Assembly (NCBI GenBank): GCA_965219455.1
Contig: OZ244744.1
Span: 832,001-896,000, forward strand
DNA: 64,000 nt
Source of the DNA: Candidatus Latescibacterota bacterium
GTDB lineage: Bacteria > Latescibacterota > UBA2968 > GCA-2709665
Direction: 5' to 3'
Shown here: in pieces, positions 58,857 to 64,000 of the stretch
How positions within the stretch are numbered: the stretch's first letter is position 1
How the letters are laid out: each line of letters begins with the position of its first letter
Program-made: the position numbers and the translations under genes
Notes under the pieces: model-generated
Told to the model about the DNA's origin: nothing
Seen by the model: only the letters and a program-made list of their open reading frames with translations
Database searches by the model: none

Positions 58857-59207
58857 ATGACTCGCGGCATCGACCGGAAGATCGCAGACGCGGAACAGGA
58901 GTCTGCGCTGCCCAGGGAAAACGGAGAACTCCTTTTTCACGCCCCCTGGGAAGCACGCGCTTTCGGCCTGGCCGTGGCGCTCTGTGAGCGCCGAGTTTAC
59001 GAATGGCGCGAATTCAGCGCCGTGCTGGCATCCAGGATTGCCGCCACCGAAAAAGAAAACGACCCATCGAGCTACTACGCCCGATGGGTGGCTTCGCTTG
59101 AAGAAGTGGCCCTCGAAAAAGGCCTGATCGCACGCGAACAACTGGAGGCAAGAACGTTGAAATTCGCCTCGGAAATGGCCGAGGATCACGGCCACAGCCA
59201 CTCGTAG
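58857..59207 (+). CDS. Nitrile hydratase accessory protein (P14K/NhlE-like)
   Basis: FHAPWEARAFGLAVAL, YYARWVASLE, His-rich C-terminus. Confidence 0.9.
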   Translation: MTRGIDRKIADAEQESALPRENGELLFHAPWEARAFGLAVALCERRVYEWREFSAVLASRIAATEKENDPSSYYARWVASLEEVALEKGLIAREQLEARTLKFASEMAEDHGHSHS

Positions 59208-59288
59208 CCCGCAAGCGCCGGAGCCGATTGCCCAGGTCGATTCCCCGTGGCGGGCCAGGACTGAAATAACGGCAATTCAACCCATCGT

Positions 59289-60272
59289 TTACGCGCCGAT
59301 TTTAAGCGGCCGGCCCTTCCGAGCCGACGCATAGATCGCCTCCAGCAACGCCACCGTACGGCGCCCTTCCCTCCCGTCGACACGGAGGCGCGTCTTTCTC
59401 TCCACCGCGCTGACCACGTCCTCCACAACATTCTGAAACGGGTTCTCCACCGCCGCCATCCGCTCCTGCAAGCCCTCGCCGAATACTCGCATATTGCCGC
59501 TGAGCACGTCGTCGATCAGCACCCCGCCATCCGTCCCGTGAACTTCGGCGCTGAAATAGACACTGGTTGGAAACGTGGTGGTTCCGACAACCGTACCCTT
59601 TGCGCCATTCTCGAAATTCACGATTGCCAACCCGATATCCTCTGTCTCGATTTCGTGATTCATAATGGCCATTTCGCCATAGACGGAAACAGCGTCGCCC
59701 ATAAACCAGCACAGCACGTCCAGCAAGTGCGCCCCCTGGTTGGCCAGCGATCCGCCGCCGTCCATCTTCCACGTCCCGCGCCATCCTCCGCTTGCCGCGA
59801 AGTAGGAGGGCGCCCTGAACCATTTGAATCGCACCTCGCCGAGAATTGGCTTGCCCAGCCACCCCTGCCGCAGCGCCTCGGCCACCCGACAGTTGTTGTC
59901 GACGTACCGGCTATTGTAATCCACGCCGCAGAGTACACCGGCCTCGTCGCATGCCGCGATCAAGCGATCGCACGCCCCGGTAGACACGTCCATGGGCTTG
60001 GTCGTAATCACGTGTTTGCCCGCCCGCGCGGCTTGAATTCCCACTTCGGCGTGGGTCCCGCTGGGCGTCATCACCATCACCACGTCCACGTCATCCCGGT
60101 TCAACGCCGCGTCGAGATCCGTTGTCCCTACCACATCCAGTTCTGAACCCGCTTCCCTGAGACGGGTTTCGTCCAGATCCACCACCACTTTCAATTCCGC
60201 TCCATCTGTGTCCTGTATCATCCTGGACCGATTGCGTCCCATACCCAGGCCAACCACCGCAAACCCAACCAT
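59289..60272 (-). CDS. Gfo/Idh/MocA-family oxidoreductase
   Basis: GLGMG, TPSGTH, TKP, WRGTW..DGGGSLANQGAHLLD. Confidence 0.9.
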   Translation of the reverse strand: MVGFAVVGLGMGRNRSRMIQDTDGAELKVVVDLDETRLREAGSELDVVGTTDLDAALNRDDVDVVMVMTPSGTHAEVGIQAARAGKHVITTKPMDVSTGACDRLIAACDEAGVLCGVDYNSRYVDNNCRVAEALRQGWLGKPILGEVRFKWFRAPSYFAASGGWRGTWKMDGGGSLANQGAHLLDVLCWFMGDAVSVYGEMAIMNHEIETEDIGLAIVNFENGAKGTVVGTTTFPTSVYFSAEVHGTDGGVLIDDVLSGNMRVFGEGLQERMAAVENPFQNVVEDVVSAVERKTRLRVDGREGRRTVALLEAIYASARKGRPLKIGA

Positions 60273-60401
60273 ATAGAACCCTCCATCCGGTTATGTCATC
60301 GCAGGTTCTCTCCGTGCGCCTTGCACCAACACAAGGTTCGCGCCCAATCTTCCGGTTACGGAATCGACTTCATTTCCCGGTCTTGCGCCGACCGCGTGCG
60401 T

Positions 60402-61355
60402 TCAGCCGAACAACCCCCGGATCCGATCCAGGCAGTCGCGAGAAAGCGCTTTCCCGGCCGCATTGACGATACCTGTAAGTTGCGCGGGCGTCTTCGCGCC
60501 GGGAATGACCGTGGAAACCGCCGGATTGGAAAGAACGAACCGCAGTGCTGCTTCGACCATCGAATCCGCCTCTTCCAGCAGGAAATCCAGCTTCGCGACC
60601 CGTGCGGCCGTCTCCTTCACCCGCTCCGGCGTATATCTGAGACTTCGTAAATCGTCAGCGGGGAATACAGTCTTCGCGTCGTATTTGCCCGTCAGCCAAC
60701 CCGAAGCCAACGGCACGCGCGCGATCATGCCCACTCCCTTCTCGATGGCCGCGGGGAAAAGCGCGTCGCCCTCCTTCTGCTGCAGGATATTGTACACGAG
60801 CTGGATGGCCTCGGCGCCTCCTTCCATGGCGCGCAGGCCTTCCTCCACGACCCTGTCGGAGGTCTCCACCGGACTGATGGACACGCCCCATGCACGAATC
60901 TTTCCGGATCCCTTCAGGTCCTTCATCAGCCCGAACAACGCGTCCGTCATCCCCTCCATGGGAGGACCGTGCAGGAGGTAGAGATCCACGTGATCGCGCT
61001 CCAGACGAGTGAGACTTGCATCGAGAGCGCCCATAATATACGGTTCTGAGAAGTCCTGGCCCGGCGCCGCAAGGCTCATCCCCACCTTGGTGCAGACCAC
61101 GGCGTCGTTTTTGTTTTCGTATAACCCCAATCCAACCAGGACCTCGCTCTTTCCGCGACCGTACGCATCCGCCGTATCGTAAAATGTGATACCCTGGGTC
61201 CACGAACGGCGGACGGTATCTATCGACGCCATTACATCCACGCCGGACCATCCCGTCGGACTGCCCCCCCTGAACGACGCCCCGCCGATCGGCCAGCAGC
61301 CCAAGCCCACCTCCGAAACCTGAATCCCGGTTTTTCCAAGTTCCCGCAGTTCCAT
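60402..61355 (-). CDS. Aldo/keto reductase
   Basis: LGKTGIQVSEVGLG, DTADAYG, TKVG, DLYLLH, VPLASG, VIPGAKT. Confidence 0.93.
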   Translation of the reverse strand: MELRELGKTGIQVSEVGLGCWPIGGASFRGGSPTGWSGVDVMASIDTVRRSWTQGITFYDTADAYGRGKSEVLVGLGLYENKNDAVVCTKVGMSLAAPGQDFSEPYIMGALDASLTRLERDHVDLYLLHGPPMEGMTDALFGLMKDLKGSGKIRAWGVSISPVETSDRVVEEGLRAMEGGAEAIQLVYNILQQKEGDALFPAAIEKGVGMIARVPLASGWLTGKYDAKTVFPADDLRSLRYTPERVKETAARVAKLDFLLEEADSMVEAALRFVLSNPAVSTVIPGAKTPAQLTGIVNAAGKALSRDCLDRIRGLFG

Positions 61356-61506
61356 ACGCCCCCCGTATCTGAAAAACCAATTCAACTGCATCGCAACGGC
61401 ACAATAAACAGAAATCCGGTTCGCCGCACGTCCATACCTTCCCGGCGTGTTGGACGGCCGGTTACCGGAACCCTCTTCCGACATTCGAAACATTGAGACG
61501 CACGGT

Positions 61507-62691
61507 TCAATCCGCCGCCGCAACCGCCTCGCGTTCGCGCCTGAGCATTCCTTCGGGATCCACCCACCGGCTCACCAGGAGCGAAATCAAGGCCAGCACC
61601 GATCCACTGAAAAAGATCACCTGGTAGCCGAAGTTGCGCCAGACCAGCCCGCCGATCAGTGGCGCCGCCACCGCGGAAAAATGGTTCATCGTCACGCCCA
61701 TGGACAGCGTCGGTTTCAGATCTTCCTGGGGCGCGATCTTATGAAGGTACGTCGTCAGCGCGATGCCTCCGAAAAAAATGAGATTATCGATACAATAAAG
61801 CACGTACAGCGTAGGACGGTGCTGGATAGCGCCATATCCGAAAAAAACAAAGGCCAGCCCGATATAGCTCCAGCTGAGCACGGCCCGTTCCCCGTGCCTG
61901 TCGACCAGCCGTCCCATCAGCGGCGCCGTCAATGTAATCAGCGTCTGATTAATCAGTACCAGCGCCATCGTCGTTTCCACCGGCATCCCGTGTACTTTCA
62001 CGAGCGCGAAGATGGCAAACGTGATAAACATCTGCTTCCGGCAGCCCTGCAGAAAATTCAGCGCGTAATAAAGTCCATAGCGGCGGCGGAATACAAAACT
62101 CTTTTCATGCACGTCCGGGCGTTTTCTGCTTGCAAAGAAAATCGCCAGCCCGCCCAGCGCGGTGATCGCTCCGGCACCCACGAACAGCCAGTCGTAACGG
62201 ATCATATGGAAGACCAGATTGCAGACCCCGATGGTCAACAGCCACGCAAAGGCGTGCACGCTCCGCAGCTGACCCAGCCATTTCCCCTTCCGACCCTCAG
62301 GCGAAAACCGCAACGCCATGGACTGCTCCATGGGAAGCCAGCAGTGGAACCCGATGCCCCACAGCGCCGAATATACCGCGAGGGAAAACACGGTATACAC
62401 GTCCGCGTACGCGGCAAGCCCGGCACCCATCACTACCAGGGAAGCACCCGCCACGACCGGCGGCGCCAGACGCATCATGAGCGCGATAAAAAACGCGTTC
62501 ATGAATCCCGACGTCTCGCGCAGGGCCTCCACGTACCCCAGTTCGTGTGGCTCGATGCCCAGGCGCTCCACGGCGAAATTGTTGTACAACGTGAGCTGCA
62601 CGCCGAAAAACACGCCCACGGAAAATACCGCCGCGCCCAGTAGTTTGAAGTCCCGGTTCCATTCGGAAAACGGATTGCTGATCCGGATCAA
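61507..62691 (-). CDS. MFS transporter
   Basis: About 12 hydrophobic segments; GRLVDRHGER motif A; start approximate. Confidence 0.85.
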   Translation of the reverse strand: MIRISNPFSEWNRDFKLLGAAVFSVGVFFGVQLTLYNNFAVERLGIEPHELGYVEALRETSGFMNAFFIALMMRLAPPVVAGASLVVMGAGLAAYADVYTVFSLAVYSALWGIGFHCWLPMEQSMALRFSPEGRKGKWLGQLRSVHAFAWLLTIGVCNLVFHMIRYDWLFVGAGAITALGGLAIFFASRKRPDVHEKSFVFRRRYGLYYALNFLQGCRKQMFITFAIFALVKVHGMPVETTMALVLINQTLITLTAPLMGRLVDRHGERAVLSWSYIGLAFVFFGYGAIQHRPTLYVLYCIDNLIFFGGIALTTYLHKIAPQEDLKPTLSMGVTMNHFSAVAAPLIGGLVWRNFGYQVIFFSGSVLALISLLVSRWVDPEGMLRREREAVAAAD

Positions 62692-62777
62692 TCGTCGCTC
62701 CGATCGGGGAAGTGTCGTCTGAGTGTCCTTTCCCGGAAATATGTCACGATTCGGCAATCTATTTTCAGGACAGAACA

Positions 62778-63143
62778 CTAATCCATCTGTACAACCACGC
62801 GGCGGCCTGCAACGCTGACGGGGTAGACCCGCACCCTGAACCGATCGGGCTCGACCAGGGCGCGGCCCGTTTCCAGGTCGAATTGCCACCCGTGCCAGGG
62901 GCAGGTAAGGATTTCGCCCAGGCGCCCGTAGGAGATCTCCTCGCCGGGACGACACGGCAGGGCTGCACCATCCACCCTTCCGGCAGACAACGGCGCACCC
63001 TGGTGGGGACAGATATCGCGCAACGCGAAGAACCGCCGGTCGCGCCGCACCACCATCAGCGCCCGCCCCCCCGCTTCGATCCGACGCGGCCGGCCAGCCT
63101 CAAAGTCGTCAACTGACCCAATGTCAATTGTCTTCAAGGCCAT
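62778..63143 (-). CDS. Rieske [2Fe-2S] ferredoxin
   Basis: CPHQG and CPWHGWQFD. Confidence 0.92.
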   Translation of the reverse strand: MALKTIDIGSVDDFEAGRPRRIEAGGRALMVVRRDRRFFALRDICPHQGAPLSAGRVDGAALPCRPGEEISYGRLGEILTCPWHGWQFDLETGRALVEPDRFRVRVYPVSVAGRRVVVQMD

Positions 63144-64000
63144 AGAAATCCGCCGCGTTTGCGGCCAGAATGCGCTGCCTCAAGGCACCTTTGATCACCC
63201 GCGGCAGGGCTCGGTCGGGTGCGTCGAAATCCCAATGCGGGTAATCGGTGGCGAACATCAGAAAGTTGTCGCGCCCGATCATGTCCAGAATGGCGAGTAG
63301 GTGCCGGGCATCGGCCGGTTCCTCCATGGGCTGTGTCGTGGCGCGGAAGTGATCCAGGATATATTCGCTGGGCAGCCTCCGGAGCCATGGCACTTCGGCG
63401 TGCAGACCGCGGTAGTTCTTGTCCAGCCGCCACATGAGTGCCGGCAGCCAGGCAAATCCACCCTCAATGAGGGCTACCCGGGCCGATGGCAATTCCTCGA
63501 AGACACCTTCGCATACCAGGCTGATGACCTGGGCCTCAAAGGCCTGCGACATTCCCGTGTGATCTTCGATATAATAGGATGGCCAGCCGCTGGCCGTAAT
63601 GGGATTGCCGCCACCGCCAAAATGAATGCCCACTGGCAGGTCGGCCGCCGCCGCCGCACGAAAAATGGGCCTGAATTCACGGCGACCGTAGGGGGCGTAG
63701 GAGCGAACCAGCAGCAATACCTGGACAAAGCGACGGTCGGTGGCGAGGCGCTCGATCTCGGCGGCGGCCGCGTCTGCATCCTGGATATTGACGACGATTG
63801 AGCCACGCCATCGCCTGTCGGCATCCAGCCATGCCTCTCTCGTCCATTCATTGACAGCCCGCTGCAGCGCGTTGGCCAGATCGATATTTCGCACGGTCGA
63901 CACCGCGACGAGCGGGTTGAGGACCGCATAGTCGATACCCCAGGTATCGAGCAACTGTTCCCGGGAAAATTCGGCGTCCGCCCCGGGCCTCTTTCCATTT
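63124..64000 (-). CDS. Amidohydrolase-fold protein, probable PtmU3/AibH-type dinuclear oxygenase subunit (5' end beyond window)
   Basis: [43 protein letters not shown]; overlaps the Rieske gene. Confidence 0.8.
   Translation of the reverse strand, partial: NGKRPGADAEFSREQLLDTWGIDYAVLNPLVAVSTVRNIDLANALQRAVNEWTREAWLDADRRWRGSIVVNIQDADAAAAEIERLATDRRFVQVLLLVRSYAPYGRREFRPIFRAAAAADLPVGIHFGGGGNPITASGWPSYYIEDHTGMSQAFEAQVISLVCEGVFEELPSARVALIEGGFAWLPALMWRLDKNYRGLHAEVPWLRRLPSEYILDHFRATTQPMEEPADARHLLAILDMIGRDNFLMFATDYPHWDFDAPDRALPRVIKGALRQRILAANAADFYGLEDN

Overview
GC-rich bacterial chromosomal window. Lineage is an inference only: a C-terminal DFDGDGxVGFxDFLxFAxxFG module, GWxTD proteins and several Gfo/Idh/MocA and PhyH paralogs suggest a Latescibacterota/Gemmatimonadota-like organism. 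Left to right: partial SDR, FkpA-like PPIase, rpsT; a minus-strand sulfur-assimilation locus (APS reductase cysH, then cysM-mec-cysO-Rrf2-cysK) interrupted by a ~6.2 kb defence islet (higBA, decayed hig copies, stop-split mrr, mcrB, mcrC, integrase-like scar) bounded by a duplicated promoter region whose 33-bp core occurs three times; tRNA-Lys; housekeeping genes (HlyD-like, ppdK, parAB, ftsY, iscS, mrp, moeZ, groESL with CIRCE, sodN); an IS630 abutting a MITE; rnr, purF and envelope lipoproteins; a block of repeat proteins (WD40, three GWxTD/TPR proteins, a YPDG-repeat/CAP lipoprotein); and a metabolic region with a B12 radical SAM gene, two tandem Fe/2-oxoglutarate enzymes, a Co-type nitrile hydratase and an amidohydrolase-fold/Rieske pair. 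Best novelty candidates: (1) the first Fe/2OG enzyme has a halogenase-type HxG motif and lies upstream of a canonical HxD paralog and nitrile hydratase; (2) the repeat-bounded defence islet; (3) a sulfur relay with a masked CysO and a Cys-less rhodanese MoeZ; (4) a probable amidohydrolase-related dinuclear oxygenase. All calls come from reading motifs by eye; no searches were run, and some start codons are my best estimates.
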